DNA of 64,000 nucleotides, from NCBI RefSeq assembly GCF_964355755.1, contig NC_092670.1, positions 20,756,795 to 20,820,794 on the forward strand. Reading direction: 5' to 3'. Shown here in pieces: positions 1 to 15,400 of this stretch. The notes under the pieces are model-generated. The model did not search any database. It saw only the letters and a list, made by a program, of their open reading frames with translations, and was not told the DNA's origin. The position numbers and the translations under genes are program-made. The DNA is from Antedon mediterranea (Eukaryota > Animalia > Echinodermata). Positions within the stretch are counted from its first letter, which is position 1, and each line of letters begins with the position of its first letter.

Positions 1-129
1 AATTTCTTTCATTTCTCGATGTCATGTACAAAAGTTATAATTGAAAGAGGCAAAAACCTGAAAGTTAAAATTGTTGAAAATATCAACCGAAACTTCAGGT
101 GAGACGGATAAAAGTTGATAAAACCTTAC

Positions 130-3100
130 TTTTTTCCACACTTGCATAGATACTGTATTCTTCAATTTCTTCACTCTCTACAATGTTTAACTCTTGACAG
201 ATATCTTCTATGACGTCCATCATCGTCGTTCCAGCCATCACCTTCTTTGTGATTGTCATATTGCCGGGGAAGTAGAACATTTGACGCTTTGTCATACGGC
301 CCTCCTATACCAAAAACAAAACAACTTGTTATATCCATATATTAAGGGACAACTTTTGTCTATATAGTTATATATTTTTTATTGTGTTTAAAAAAAAATA
401 TAATTCTATTCTATGTCAGTTTTTATTGGCGCCCTACAAAGAACAGAGTGCCTAATAATAGCATTATTTATTAAATAGAAAAGTTGTCGTTTAAATAGAT
501 AAATATAATGATAGTGTTTATACAGAATTTATCTATTTTTGTACCTTTGTATGTGTTTGTATTGATTGCGTTATGATAGCTTTATATGTATTTATATATG
601 TACTTGAATTGAATCAAGGGGTTTTACTGTATTTACAACAAAATTGTGCATCATTTCAACATGTTTTAATGGAATTTTCGCATAATAAATGAATCAATTA
701 TTATTACAAGAGGAGCAAAAAACCAAGTAGAGTGGAGGACGAATGTTATGTGTGATCTGCCTTAACAGGTCTTTGATTGATAAAAGTCGTTTTTAGTGTT
801 GTTATGCATGAAATGTTGTTACATTCTTGCTTGTAAATATGTAACAACATTTCTTTCTGTAAACATATTTCACTACTTTTATAAACGTACAATCACGTTC
901 TTTATCTCCAGATAAAGAGGTGGAATTCTTCGCCCTCCAGCTTTGTATCCTCGAATGATGTTCATTTTACACGTCATCGCTAAATTCTGGAACGTCTGCC
1001 GTTGTTCATCGTCCGGATGCGGGGATGACAGATACTCGTAGAGGTACGGCTTGAGAAGGTTAGTCGGCTGGAAGTAGGACGAGAAGAAAACAAACATCCG
1101 CCAACCACATATGCAACTTTTTCTGAAATTAAATTATGGATAATCAGTGAATCGATGAAGGTACAGAATATTTCTAAAAGATATTCTATTGAACATGGTT
1201 TCTATTGTGTACTAACACCATTTAATAGAATGGACGAACGATAAAAGCACAACAAAAACACATGTGAGTCGGAGCTTAGTCATCTTCCTCGTATCCGGGC
1301 CTTTAATAATTCTCCACAACACTATATATAGAGGGCTCTAGACCTGATTACAATTAGTAGAGTACAAGTATAGTATATTTCTCTGGATGAATTTAAATAA
1401 AACTTAAAAAACAAGAAAGTAAAAATACTATAACAGATGGTTTAACAAGACTTACTTTTTAGCGCCATGATTTGCTGTAGTTTGTTTGATCAAATGACAG
1501 AATATTTCATCTACTAATTCTGGATACTGAACACATGTCTAAAAAGAAAGGAATATAAATAAAAAAATTGTGAAGCCTGATCTTAGGCTCTGTCTACACT
1601 CAAACTAGTTTGACAAAACATGTGTGATGTGCCCAAATATGGTAGTGATATGCCCAAATATGGTAGTGATATGACATCATTGTGTTCACAGTGTATGGGC
1701 ACATCACATTTGTTTGTCACATAAAGTTTGATAGTGTAGATAGAGCTTTAAAGTAGTGTTGTTTAATTCTTTTTAAAAATGTTTCTTTACAAATAGATTT
1801 TTAATGTTTACCTTGAGAATAAAATGTACACAGTTGAGATATGCCTTTTCCTTTGGTGTCTTGTCTTTGATTTGTACGGGATAATCACCCATCACCTGCA
1901 TAAGTGCTACAGAATATAGAAAATAGACCCAATGAAATCACATAATAATTTAAATATTCAACAATTATGCTAATTAGGCCAAACTAAAATAAAATTATGG
2001 TTCTCAGTACTTAGGAATAATTAATATGCAGACAGCTTACACATATGGAAAAAAAAAACTTTATTCTTACCGAGGAAACATTCCAATGCAGCTTTGTTTA
2101 CCTCTGACCCTGATAGTTTCAATAATGAAACTTGAAGGGGTGAGTTTGAGAAACGTATTAATTCTTCATACTCCTCAATTGAGCGTTGTGTTTGTTTACT
2201 CTCTAAAATAAAGTACAAAAATATTATTTTTGTTTAATTATCTAATTATTTGGACCTCACTTAGTTGAACTTGGTTGCTGTTAAATTTCGATCTCTTATT
2301 CTCAATGTCATATAATCAAAAACAAAGTGTATAGCATGGTATAAACGTAGATCTTGAGTACACCAGGAGTGAAAACAACTATATATAAGTATCTTCAGAC
2401 GAACAAGAAGGCGAGAACAGTAACTAAATAATAGTATAAATGATGATAATTTAAATAAAAACAGTAAAAACTTACTTTTTCCCTTAAATGGCTTTTTGAT
2501 AAAGCGCAGAGAGCCACTTATAGAACCGTTCCTCTTCCTCTGCATTTCATAACTAAAAACAATGAACAAGTTCCATTTGTTAAAGGAATAATAAAAGGAT
2601 TCATTTGGTAGAGTTTAGATTACTTATTTAAATTTCCTTTGCTTTCGTCAGCGCTGCTTCCGTTTATTCCTGTTTTTTATATTCATTTGTTATTTCTATA
2701 TTATATTATAATTGTATTATATATTTCTATATAATATTCTGTGATTTATTGAAAATTGTATGCCAAACTTAGCTGTAGATGTATTGGTATACATAAGCTG
2801 TCCTAGATGTTTATTTATATGTATGTATCAATTTAGTATTTATAACTTTGTAACTCCATAGTAAACATAAACTTACTCCGAGTGTGACTCCCTAAAATGT
2901 CTCATTGCAAACTCCAACATCGAGAATTTACCACTACTGACCGCAATTTCCTGAATAATGTTCTAAAGAAAATCAATCACAAATACATATAAATAGAATG
3001 TCAATCAATCAATCTCATTTATTCATCTCATAAAAAAAAAACCAATACACATAACAAAAAGGAGTAAAACAAATTTACCCTAAATGGCTTGTGATGAGGC

Positions 3101-3460
3101 CCACAAACTAGCTACATTAAGATTATAAATAAATAAATAAATAAATAGCCTGTATAGACGAATAGAGCATAACAGGATCAACAGGGGATGCATTGTTAAG
3201 GAATAACATTGCCAGGACAACCAGATTCCAGGTGAATTATCAACTAAAAAAAATAACCATAACCAGAGGAACATCTTTTGCTTCATTCAATAAAAAGTTA
3301 TCATGTCAACCTCCTAGTCCAATTGAGGGTCAATTTAATTGTATTGCTGAATACTTTACTGAATTGTCATATTTATTGAATTTATTTATTATGTTTTTCT
3401 ACAAAATAAATTGCTTACCTGCATTTTTATAGGAATACCAAGAAGATTACGAGAAATTTC
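130..3460 (-). CDS. MYO15: Second MyTH4 domain and start of the C-terminal FERM domain
   Basis: [71 protein letters not shown]. Confidence 0.9.
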
Positions 3461-6400
3461 CTAAATCAAATAGAACAATAAAGAGTTTAGAAATGAGTAT
3501 GGAACAACACAGACAGACATAAGTACCGACTTTATAACATAAGAACATTATGATAAAAGATACCACATATCTACAACACAAATGTCAAGGCTACATCAAA
3601 CCATTGATTTAATATCTACATAAACATCTAATGAAACATATCAACACTACCACTCAAGTTGTTGGCCCACCCTAAAAATAAATAAATAGCACTCAACCCT
3701 ATCTAAGGAAACAACCACAAACCTGACACATACTATATAATATATTAGAACGCACAAACAGCTTTCTAATAATCAGTATTATTGCATCTAACAAGAAACA
3801 ACTTAAAATCTAATATATACAGGACATCCCCTATTAAAGGAGAAACCCATATTTAATAGAAATGTATTAAGTTCTCATTTTGTTGGGTACTGAAGGGGAC
3901 TCTCCTTAACTACTATATAAAAATACTACTCTAGTTGTAGACAATATACCCTAAAAATAAATAAAGCCTACCTTAAAGAAATCTTAACAGTGTTGCCCCT
4001 GATACATATTTATCAGATATACCATTCTACTACTAGCCAACTACTTAATAAATACATAACTGGTAATAAGTAGGTCAGTTGAGGTTTTTTTGTAGGCCGT
4101 TGGATTAGCAGTGACCACTTCCTAAGGTCACAGAACCTCCTACCAAGTCCACTTAAGTGCCCTTAATCCAGGGCAGGAACATATCTACTCTAGGCCTATT
4201 GAGAGAAGCCGATACTTTTGTATGCTTATGTGACACTTAACACTTAAGGTAATTGAGATATGACAATTGTGGAGTTCCTCTTAACATCCTACTGCGTCAA
4301 ATTGATCAAGGCTAAGGAATGTTGTGAAGGGGATTAAATACACTATCATCTATATTCTGTTGCGCCCAACTGAGATCATATCCTGACTAGGAATGGCAAT
4401 ACAAATTTTTTCCTAATTTTCCAATAGTCTATTTAATAACTTGCACTAAACAATCACAACAAAAATATAAGAACTGAGGTTCCCATCTGTGTGAAGTTAA
4501 ATTAATTGGTTTGGGTTTATTTATTGATTTGAACATGTTGAATGGTGAGTTGGTTTTAGCGAATTGATTTTAGAAGATCAAACGATAATGTGACACTAGC
4601 ATCTAGGCTTAAAGTATTTCAAAGAAATGGCTTTTCTATTTACTCTGAATTATTTAAACTATTAAGCAATGGTATTTGTCAATTATTTGTTAACTCAAAG
4701 GGATTGTAGGGAGATACAGGATGTATTAGAGTTACAATGCAGTACATTCATAGAAATATAACTGTTATGGTATATTCCTATCGTTAAAAAATATTTAATA
4801 GATTGAATAATCCATAAATTCTAACCACTAAATATTCTAGTAATTCTTTTAAATTTCTGTTAGATTATTATTGCAATAAATTATTTAACTACGCAACACA
4901 TAATATAATAATAGTAATCTTTGCAAGATAAACTAACTGTAATCCAATAAAATGAAAGCATACCTTTGTGTTTCGTTGAGCATCTGGACCAGAAGCTGGC
5001 ACCACATATTCACTTGGGAAGCTTCCAGTCTTTCCATGCAACATTCCATAAAGCCAATCTGAAAATATATTTAAAGTATAAATTGGCTAAAAAGGCTAAT
5101 TATTGTTACAAACCACTATACCACTAAAAAAGGACACTTTCCTGTGAAATGAATGACAAATATATTTGAACACTATTATAGCCAACCCCTATTCAGGTGA
5201 AACCCCAATTAAGGAGACACATTGTTGGTTCCCTGAATGTGTCCTTTTAATAGGAGTTCTACTCTAATGCTATTTAAATAAAAATAACAATATTGTTTTA
5301 ACCCGTATGTACAGAAAAACGTAACTTTAATTTAAATTTACAGCACAATAGCACCACAAATAACAACGCATTCACAGCACAGTATTAGAAGAATATATAA
5401 ACAGGAACGAGTAAGATTTTCAATTCCAAAATTTCATCAGAATTTTTAATTGTTAACATCGGGGAAGAGTGAAATTCTTCCCTGTTAACATTCATAACTT
5501 TCTAACTTTAATAACACAGTCCTTTGCAAGATATTCCATATAAAACAAATATTAAATATACATAGCCCCAGATATTCATATTTACGTACAGAGAAAAAAT
5601 AACAGAAATTATCTTTATGACATATATCAACATTAATATCCCACAATGCAACAGACTATTCAATACCACAATGCAACAGACATATATCCCATAATCCAAC
5701 AACCACTGTAACAAAACATCCAAGATAATTCACACCAAGACAACCCCAAATATTAAAACAACATTTGGATTGATCCAAGAAAATACGGAAACCTTGTTTA
5801 ATGAAATATTGTCGGAAGCCATGATTACGAAGTCGTAGGCGATGTCCACCTGCAGCAAAGATTGAGGGCAGTATAAAGATAATAAATTATGTGTTACTAT
5901 GAAATAATATATTAAAAATGTATACATAATACCAATACTTTTATTAAGTCAAAATAAATTGTCAATATATACCGGAGTTTAAGCTCTGACCAACACCAGC
6001 TAGTTTGATAATGTCCCCTTTATGGAAGCTCAGAAGGGTAGATTCTTGCGTAATGTAGTCTTTTACTGCCCTCACATGTTGCGAGTCTCGTTCAAGATCA
6101 ATAATGTACGCCTCTATCATAGATTTAATTTGGGCAGCCTAAAATAAAAGAATTTTATTAATAATAATAAAAATAATAATTCTAAACATGAAAGAAATTA
6201 TGTTACTATTCATTTGTTTAATTATAAGAAATACAATAGACCCACTGCATGAATACAATACATGGTCATTGTTAGTGGAATATTTAATGTTTCAATATTT
6301 ACCCTATTTGTGTAGAGTGGTATAACCATGTCGTTTGAAAGATGAATTCGAAGGGTACCATTCTGTGTCACTTTTAGTTCTACAATCTCTGAAAACCTGA

Positions 6401-9400
6401 AAATAACAAAATTAGTCTGTCTTTAGTAGTTGCATGTGGTTGAATGTTAATTAGTTTGGGAAAATTGGAGTAATAGTTAGTTTCTGAGCCAAGTCATAGA
6501 AAGATGGGCAGGTGAGATTTAGCAAGAGGGGAAGACAAATGACAGAATGCCAATCAAGGTGGAAACTAGAAAAAGTGGCGGCTCCAGGATTTTGAAATAG
6601 GGGGAGGGGTGGATAAGGGCCTAAAAGTAGTGCAACAAAGTGCTGAACTTATCTTTTGCATTACAATTGGTGAAATATAGAGGCCTCCCCTTAAATCTGC
6701 CCCTAAAAAACACAAATTTAAATGTACAGAGGACCTCACAACACACGCAGGAGCTACGTGGGAAAGGACAGAAATTATGGAAAGAATTGGCTAAGACATG
6801 AGGAGGTTTACATCTGAAACAGGATGAGGGAGCCATGAATGAAATACTTTAAATACTTACTTGAAGGATTCAAGTATAATCAGTTGATCACTTGTGGGTT
6901 CATACTGTCGATGGACCAATCGAATGCCAGAGTGGCTGACACCTAGGAGCTCTGCCTTTGGATTCTTGATACCACCCTACAAACAAATAAAAATGATTAT
7001 GATCAAAATAAAAATGATTATGATCAAAACAAAAATGTGCACAAAAAAATCTCTCTCCAAAGACATAGATACAAGAATCTAAAATTGTATACAGTAGACT
7101 CCCTCCTTTGGGATATCACTATTCTGTTGACCACCTATTATTAAGGGAATACCTTTCTGTGAAACGAATGAGGGGATATATTGAAGCAAACCCATATTAA
7201 CCCTTTTAACGGGGCACCCCTATTAAGGGGACACTTATAAAACCAGGCGTGCCCAGCCTGACATACATACTGTTACTGGGAAGAATCTTGTGAAGTAGAG
7301 TGGAAGGGTCTGAGCTGTCGATACTATCTCTTTCTTGACACTTGCTTTGTGCTGCAACACTGTCTTTTCCTTTAAGTTTTTAGATGTGATGCCATTCTTA
7401 TCTGAAACATAAGACATAATTAGTTAAATTGGGAATATATAATCAAAAGGAATTTTTGTACAATAGTTTAATAACTCATAAGGCATATGAAATATGAACT
7501 TTGACCTGTAAGACTTACCAAGCAACATCTGCATGCGTAACCTGTCTTTCTTTGTCATGCGAACACAGTTGTTAGACATTGTATCAGTAACCACCTGAAT
7601 GAACAGTAAGTCTATGACCAGTGGGCTGTCAATCTTTTCACCTGGACAAAACACCTGTATTAAAAAATATGCAAATTAATATCAATGAGTTGATCTGAGC
7701 ATGCACATACTTCTGTCCCCAGCATTTACCACTAACTTACTTCTTTTCGTATTGCTAATTGCCAGTTTGTCACACTGTACATATAAAATGGCGACTGACT
7801 TGATAATGGAAACAGTGATGTTGATGTCTCTTCTAGTACTTCTAGTCGTGGACTTGGTGGTGGTTTAGGTGACTGCAACAAACAATAATAATATAACATA
7901 ATATACTGTATGGGTGACTTATATTAAATAGTAATGTTATGCTCTTTCTACACTATCAAACTTTATGCGACAAAAAAATTTGATCTGCCCGTATATGGAC
8001 ATGATTATGTCTTATCAAAACCATATTTGGGCACATCACTACCATATTTGGGTACATCACACTTTTTTGATAGTGTAGACAGAGCCTTAGGGATTAGATG
8101 ATGAATTAATTAACTTCGAGTTATGTGTGATCGGATCTAGTTTTTAGATATATATTAACATTTGAAATTGGCTAGAAGATGGTTGAAAGAGGGTGTGGAA
8201 ACAGCTGATATTGAGTAAGGAGACATTTTTTTGTAAAACAAACGAGGTACAATATATTTTTTTAACTATGACCAATCCCTATTCTGATGAAACTTCTAGT
8301 AAAGGGGACACTTTTTTGGGTTTTGACATTGTCTTAGATAGGTTTTACTGTGTTTAACACTAACAGATTTATCAATTTCTATTTATATCAGTGTTAATAT
8401 GCTTACCAGCTGAGCGGCTGAAGTAACTATTATCTCGCTCTTAAGATGAGGTTTTTCTTCTAATTTTGGCGATGTTTTTGGCTCAGTTAAAAAGGCAGAC
8501 TATTACAAAGGAAACAAACATAACACAAGACATTTCACTAATTACAACATTAATTTATGCAAAAAGTTAATTACAAGAGAATATTAGCTGTCAGTGAAGC
8601 AACACATCTTTGGTAGTAATTTCTTCTATAGTCCAGATTATTTCTTTAAAGTTATTTTATTGAATGCACTAAATAGCAACATTACCACACACCAAGCAGT
8701 TAAAGTCAAGTTGCATAGATTTTAACAAAAGACCATTTGCAAAAAATGCAATAAAAAATAACCCACAGCATTGAGATCCTAACCTAGTCTACAGTGCCTC
8801 TAATATACAGTTAAGCTTACCAGCTTTGAGCGCAAATTATGGAAGCCCATTTTATCATCTGAATCCTCTGAAATTTTGCTGGTATTTGCAGTGTTTTGTG
8901 GTTCTGATATAATGATAGCCTAACACAGGAGAAGCAACACAAACATAAAGCATACACAACAAAAATACACACAATGATGAAAAAATAAAATACAGTATGT
9001 TAAATTTACAACATAGCATTACAAGTGTTCTCACAACAAGCAACAAGGTCACATGGTGAGTGCGTTCTTTTGCATACTATTTGAGATTTTTTCGCTAAAC
9101 TTTGAAGTAACATGGTTAAAGCGGAACACCCATTCTGGGACCACCACTGAAATACTGTATCTGGTATTTAATAGTGGTACCTGAAACATTTAATTTCACT
9201 GCATTAAAGAAAAAGCAAGCATATATTAGATCCCTTAAAAGCATAGCAAATTACAAATGAAAGCAATACTCTATCTCGTCATTTTTAAGCGAAGGAATAG
9301 TTCACCAAACAGCAAGTGTAATAAGTAAACCAATGCTCTCTAAAATGATCTTTATAGTAAAGGTAGCAGAGATGTTAGAGCTAAGATTTTAACCCTTTAA

Positions 9401-12400
9401 ACTGGTTCCTAAAAGCAAAAGTCACACTTCATTTACACAGCTTAATTGGTGTGGCAATAACATTAACATAAATTTATTTCCCTAAATAGATAAAAATATT
9501 AATATTATGAGAACACCTCAAAAAGATGACAATGGTTATTTTTTTAATTTTATGATTTTCTTACGTAATACACACCATGTACGTAAAATGTAGCAATGTA
9601 CACATTAAACAACATAGAAAAATGTTAACAATTAGCATATCAAACATGATTACAACAACAATAATAAAAATAAACTGAAACTGAAATGTTATTTTAATTC
9701 CTTTACCCTTACCTTATTTGCCGGTAAAAGTCCCTTAGATCTTAAAATGCTTAGTGCCTCGGAACGATGATCAACAGCAGGAGCTGATTGGCCGTCAGCA
9801 CTCGTCTCAGTTGCCAGTGGTGGAGGGGGTGGGGGTGGTGGTGGTCCTGGAGGAAACTTACTGGAAGGTGGTGCTGGTGGTGGAGGTGGTGGAACTGACG
9901 GTGTTTCAGATGGTTTAACTGGATCTGGAAATCTTTTATTAAAAGTGACTCCATTATTGCGGAGTTTTTGGAGTGCCAATGTGTGATCATCAACCTTTCT
10001 TTGAAAAGACGCTCCTCTTGATAACTTTGTCTTTGGTTTGGTCGGTGGTTTTGGAGGAGGTAATTTCGATGATGTACCATTACTGTCTCTTCTTTCTTTC
10101 ATTACACTTGCACGTTTTCTTATCTGCTCTAAATGGTCTTGTGGATCCACTGGAGCGCTTTTGATAGTGCTTTTGATCTCTGAAGTGGATTTTTCAACTG
10201 GTTTCAATCCAACAGCACCATTACGTGGTGGCCATACCACTTTTCCAACTCGAATTGTCCTCGCTCGGTCATCATCAAGATCAACAACCTTCCCACGTTT
10301 CATCAGCAGTAAATTTTCGTTAAATGGAGGAGGTGGTGGAGGTGGCGCTGGAACGCCTGGTGGTGGAGGTGGCGCTGGAACTCCTGGTGGGTTTGTAACT
10401 ACTAATAAAGGGGAGACATGTGGAGAAATAGTTGGTGAAACCAATACATCGGTGTACTCTGGTGTCGTATCTGTCTTAATGTTGACAACAGTTTTGTTGA
10501 ATTGTAGCTTCTTGTTATTATCATGTCTGTCGTTAGGATTGAGCATGGCACTTTTTAGCTTTAGGCCAGATGTGCTAGGCTCTGCTGCAGGCATGCTGAA
10601 TCCTGTACTTGGCTGGCTCATCATTGTTTGTAACATGGTCTGTTGCTGTTGAATCTGCTGTTGTTGGGCCTACAAAAACAATTAAAATTAATAAACAATT
10701 GTATAATTTGTAATAATGTAAATGGTTATAGCTAGCTTTGTTGGCGGTTTTCAGTTTTGATTTAGGTCTAGTTCTCAACACAAACTTATAACCACAGGTC
10801 TAGAAAAATTTGGAGTTAAAGTTGTAACACAAGTTATAGAATGAGTAAGAATCTAAAATGTCATTCGATGATGGTCACAATTCTCAGATACTAACTGCAA
10901 TTGTCTGTTGGTTCATTAAAGCTTGTTGCTGCATCATTTGTTGTAGAGCTTGAGTTGAAGGGTCAATGATTGGCTGGGTCATGGCTGGTTGCATCGCTGG
11001 TTGCATTGCTGGCACTGTAAGACAAATACAATCAAATAAAAAATACCTACTGAAGACAAACAGTAATAAGTAGGTAGCAGGTAACAAAACATTTTTACTA
11101 GATTTATAAACATAAATTCATATAACTTAAAATTACCTTGCATTTGGTAGCCATTCATAGTGGGTACTGTGGCATAGCCTAAAGTTATACAATAGAAAGC
11201 AAAATCAGGATGAATATCTAGGAGTGCTGTGATTGGAGAATGCCAATGAGATCATGCAGGTGTTGCATTCAATTGATTTAGTCTTATAGGGAGTTTTTGA
11301 TTTGTGACAAACTACGCATTTAGTTTTTGGTTGAGGAAGCACAGCCGACATCATTTAGACAATAAATTAAAATGCTGTAACCAGTTCCAAGGTTGTTGCA
11401 AAATGAGCGCTTCCTAAATTAAAAAAAACTACAATTTGTTGACAACCAAGAGCTACCCTAGAACAATTAAAAAGAACTTGAAATAGGTCTATGAAAACTA
11501 TTATGTGCATTTAAAAGAATCATTAACAACCCACCACTATGCACAGAGCAAAGGAATCATACTTACCCTGCATTGCTGGTACACCTGCAGGCATCATGCC
11601 TGGTACCATTCCAGGGGCCATCATTCCAGGGGCCATCATTCCAGGGGCCATAGTCATGCTTGGCTGTGCAGCCATATTGATCATTGTGGGTTGCTGAGGG
11701 ACTGTGATAGGAGGTACAGAAGAAATTATGGACAGTGCAAAGAGATAGATAGACAATGGGTAAAAGACTGCTGTATATAGCTTAAGGAAGATGTGCTTCA
11801 TATAGGGTACAATAAGAAATTATCAATGCGAGTGATAAACAATGGATACAAGAAATACAGGCCCAATTCACAGAATATAGCGCGATAAACCAAATTTTTA
11901 AAGTCAGAGTTAAACGGTCAGAAACACAAGATGGTTGGTTTAAAGCTAAATATTTTGCAATTTTAACTGTGAATTGAGCTTGAATCCAATTTTCTCGAAA
12001 GTTTTCTAGACATTATAATATGGATGTCAACATAAACCAATCTACATTACTTTATGCAAGTCAAGTTCACTCAAATTACCAATCATGCAGTTTGAAAGTG
12101 CATACTAATATAAAACATCAACAGTTCTTTTACAATTTTCAAGTTTACTATGTGCATGTTAGAAGAATATAATTACTACATTTAAATAAAAATGGTACCT
12201 TGGTACACTGGTGTCTGAACGTATCCTGGTGGACCTTTCCCACCTCCTTTCAAACGTTTTTCCAATTGCGACGGACTAAGAAGATCTCCAGTCTCAAGTA
12301 CAGGATTAAATACATCATCTACATAGCTATCCAGTTGAGATCGTGTTCCACCGTAAGGAATGGGAACACTTCGGATTTTCTTCCCGACAGACATGGCCGA

Positions 12401-15400
12401 TTTCGCTGCGGATGAGTGTACACTTTCAGCATCACTAGATGAGGAGTGTGGATGAGATTCTACAATCGTGGGTAACTGATGAGGAGTTGGCGATCCATAC
12501 CCCAAATGATACGGTTGAACCATTTCGTCATCCATGTCATAGTCGGGATAGGGTGTTTCGGGAATACTGGAAACACTGTTATCAGAAGGGGCGCGACCGT
12601 TCCAACGAGCTGCTGGTTGGTAATTGGGCATGACAACATCACCTTCCAGTAAAGCATCTATGTCTTTACCAGATCTATGAATCAAAAAATAATTCAGTGT
12701 AATTAATTATTATTATTAGTTCATTTTACAAGTTTAGGCAGACTATATCTCCATCAGGCACCACTGTTTAACTAAGCTATCTATTGTAAGAAATGTTATC
12801 ATTTTTAATAGTTATAATATAGAAATAAAAATTAATTTGACTTCTGGAAAACGAAATGATTTTGATGAAAAATTATGTATCACCTTGTTCTTGACATTCG
12901 CTTTCTTTGAGCTGTGGTCATATGAACCGTTTCAGAGGACACCAGGAAATTTGACTCCTGCTCCTGGAGACCTGGTGGTAACTCCATCTCACCAATAAGA
13001 TCCAAGACGTAGTCAAAGCCAGAGAGTTCATAGCGTACTGTACCTTCCTGGAGTTGCAGAGACCATCCTTGTAGGTTCTTTTCACTGCCTCTGTGGTATT
13101 CAGAACATAAGAAATTTATAATTTTTGTTTAGGCCGGTGTCTGTAAATTAGTTTTACATTCATCTGAATGATGGATGAAACTAAGCCAAGGACTGTCTAA
13201 AGCACCTATGATTGGTCCTAACATTGGATCATGGGCTTCTCTCGTCTGGTGCCCTCTTTTACCACAGGAGAGGCATGGGTCAATACGTCTGAGGCAGACA
13301 CTAGATGCAGGGGATGCCATAAAAGCTCTAACAAGGCCCAACGTTCTTTCGGTGACCTGACAAGAACTGGTGTTTCAACGTGATAAAGCCGTATTTAAGA
13401 AATTTATAAACACCTTCAAATTTGGGTTAACTTTATTGTCGACGGATATACTATGCTCCATTTCAAATAGCAATGAGGAAGGTTCATAAAAATTTAATTG
13501 GTACATACCTGGCTTTTAGGGCCGATGCCACCAACTCTTCACCCGTTGTCCAAGAGTGTACTTGCACGGTGATTTCTTGACCATCCATAAAGGACAACTT
13601 CAAAGCCATCCTAGAACGCAGTCGATGTGCCTTCCACTCAAGGAGTGTCGATGGATACATACGAGCTACACCAAAATCGAGGGCATATGGGTTTATGTTG
13701 AGTAGCTTGTGTTGACAGTAGGATTTAAAACCGTTGTATGCATGGTCTGAAACATATCTAAACCAAAAAGGTTGCGGTTAATGATTGCTTTAATTCTCTT
13801 GTGTGTACTGGTGTTTATTTATTAATAGATATGAGAAAGGAAATCTGTCCACACTCGTAAAAACGAAAACAGCTAATTTCACTTCACAGTATCCTTTTAA
13901 AAGCATTGGTCATTGGTTTAAATCTCCTACAGTGATACTTACTTCAGAAGGTATTTATAAAGTTTCTTCGATGGAGGTACACAGCCTAGCAGATTAGCCA
14001 TCAAAATCCAGCCTCGTTCATTCTCAGCTTCAGATGGGTTTCCAAACGTTTGGTTGCATAGTTGGCTGTAGATTTCATCTGTTAGCTTTGGGTAGTTTAA
14101 GCCCTAAAGAGACAATGTTAATTATGTTATACCATGATTTTGACAAATTAACACACCTTTAAAAAAATGGAATATTCCAGGCAAATTATAAAAATACATT
14201 CTCTATAATTAGAATATTGATTATATCAACATTTGGCCTTATTCACAAATTGACACACCTTGCAAGAAAATGGAACATTCCAGGCTAATTATATAAATAC
14301 ATTTCTCAATATCTATAATTAGGATATTGATCATGAACACACTTTACCTCCTGTACAATAAAATTGCCATAGATGTTTGCTGTGTTTTTTTCCATCTGCT
14401 GGTCTCCCATAAACCTTTGAATCAGTTTAAACATTGCTATTGCTTTAATCTCATCCTCTTCATTAAAATTATGAAGGGATGATGTAATTGGCCGTCTTGA
14501 AACACCTAAATCAGAATTCTATAGAAACCAAAACCAAAAGGATTAATAGTCTATTTTTATACATTAGTAGTTCAGAACAATCCTGATATTGTGCCAGCAT
14601 GACTTGACCAAAGGACCCTAGAAAGTACATCTTTCGAGTTGAGTAGGGGGTTACCCGGTGTACTAGCTAACACACACTGTCGTGGACAGACGTAATGGCG
14701 TCGTAGTTGACTGCCGATAGGGGAAAAGAATGTTGTTGAAAAGGTGTAACATTGATTGATTGAAATATATATTTATACTGGGTAACCTCTTCAGTCAAAG
14801 ACTGGTCTCCCAGAGGGCCCAGTTATGATCAGTGGCTGTGATGTACTAATACACCGGGGTAACCCCCTACTCGTCTCGAAAGATATACTAGGTTCTTTAA
14901 AGTGCACACGAGCTAGATGTGTACACTGGACCTACGGTTTATAGTCCTTATCCGAGAAGACTCGTTCTACCACCAGAACCATGGAGTGAGTGAGTCTCGA
15001 ACCCCTGCCGATGTTATGGCTACGTAATTACGGTTCCACTGTCTTAACCGCTCGGCCACTCACTCATATCTCAGTCCACAGCGCTCTGATCTTCAAAAAA
15101 TAGCGGTATATAAATGTTGCATTATATTATATATTATAAAGTTAAGTACACTAACCGATCAACAGAGGCATTAATTCGAATATTACAAAAATGATTAAGA
15201 AGCGCGACTTACCCGAAAATAAATGTTGACATACTTCGAGAACGGAAACTGATTGATGTCTAATGGAAAAATCAACATTTGTTGATTCGGCGCAACTTTT
15301 CCAACAACTTTTACAATATTTCGTTCACTGTGAGGAGAATTCCACTCTGAAAAAAATGTTTTATATATCAAATAAGTAATACATTATATTATTATTGTAA

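Noticed and set aside
5405-5445. Minus-strand CTGATGA-AATT-TTGG-AATT-GAAA hammerhead-like core
   Set aside because: No stem I pairing and an all-AT stem II; likely chance in AT-rich DNA.
10038-10652. 204-aa Gly-rich ORF on the plus strand
   Set aside because: Antisense shadow of the polyproline myosin exon 9713-10669.
14985-15065. tRNA gene
   Set aside because: A and B boxes are present, but the sequence continues into a SINE body and tail and no complete cloverleaf is evident.
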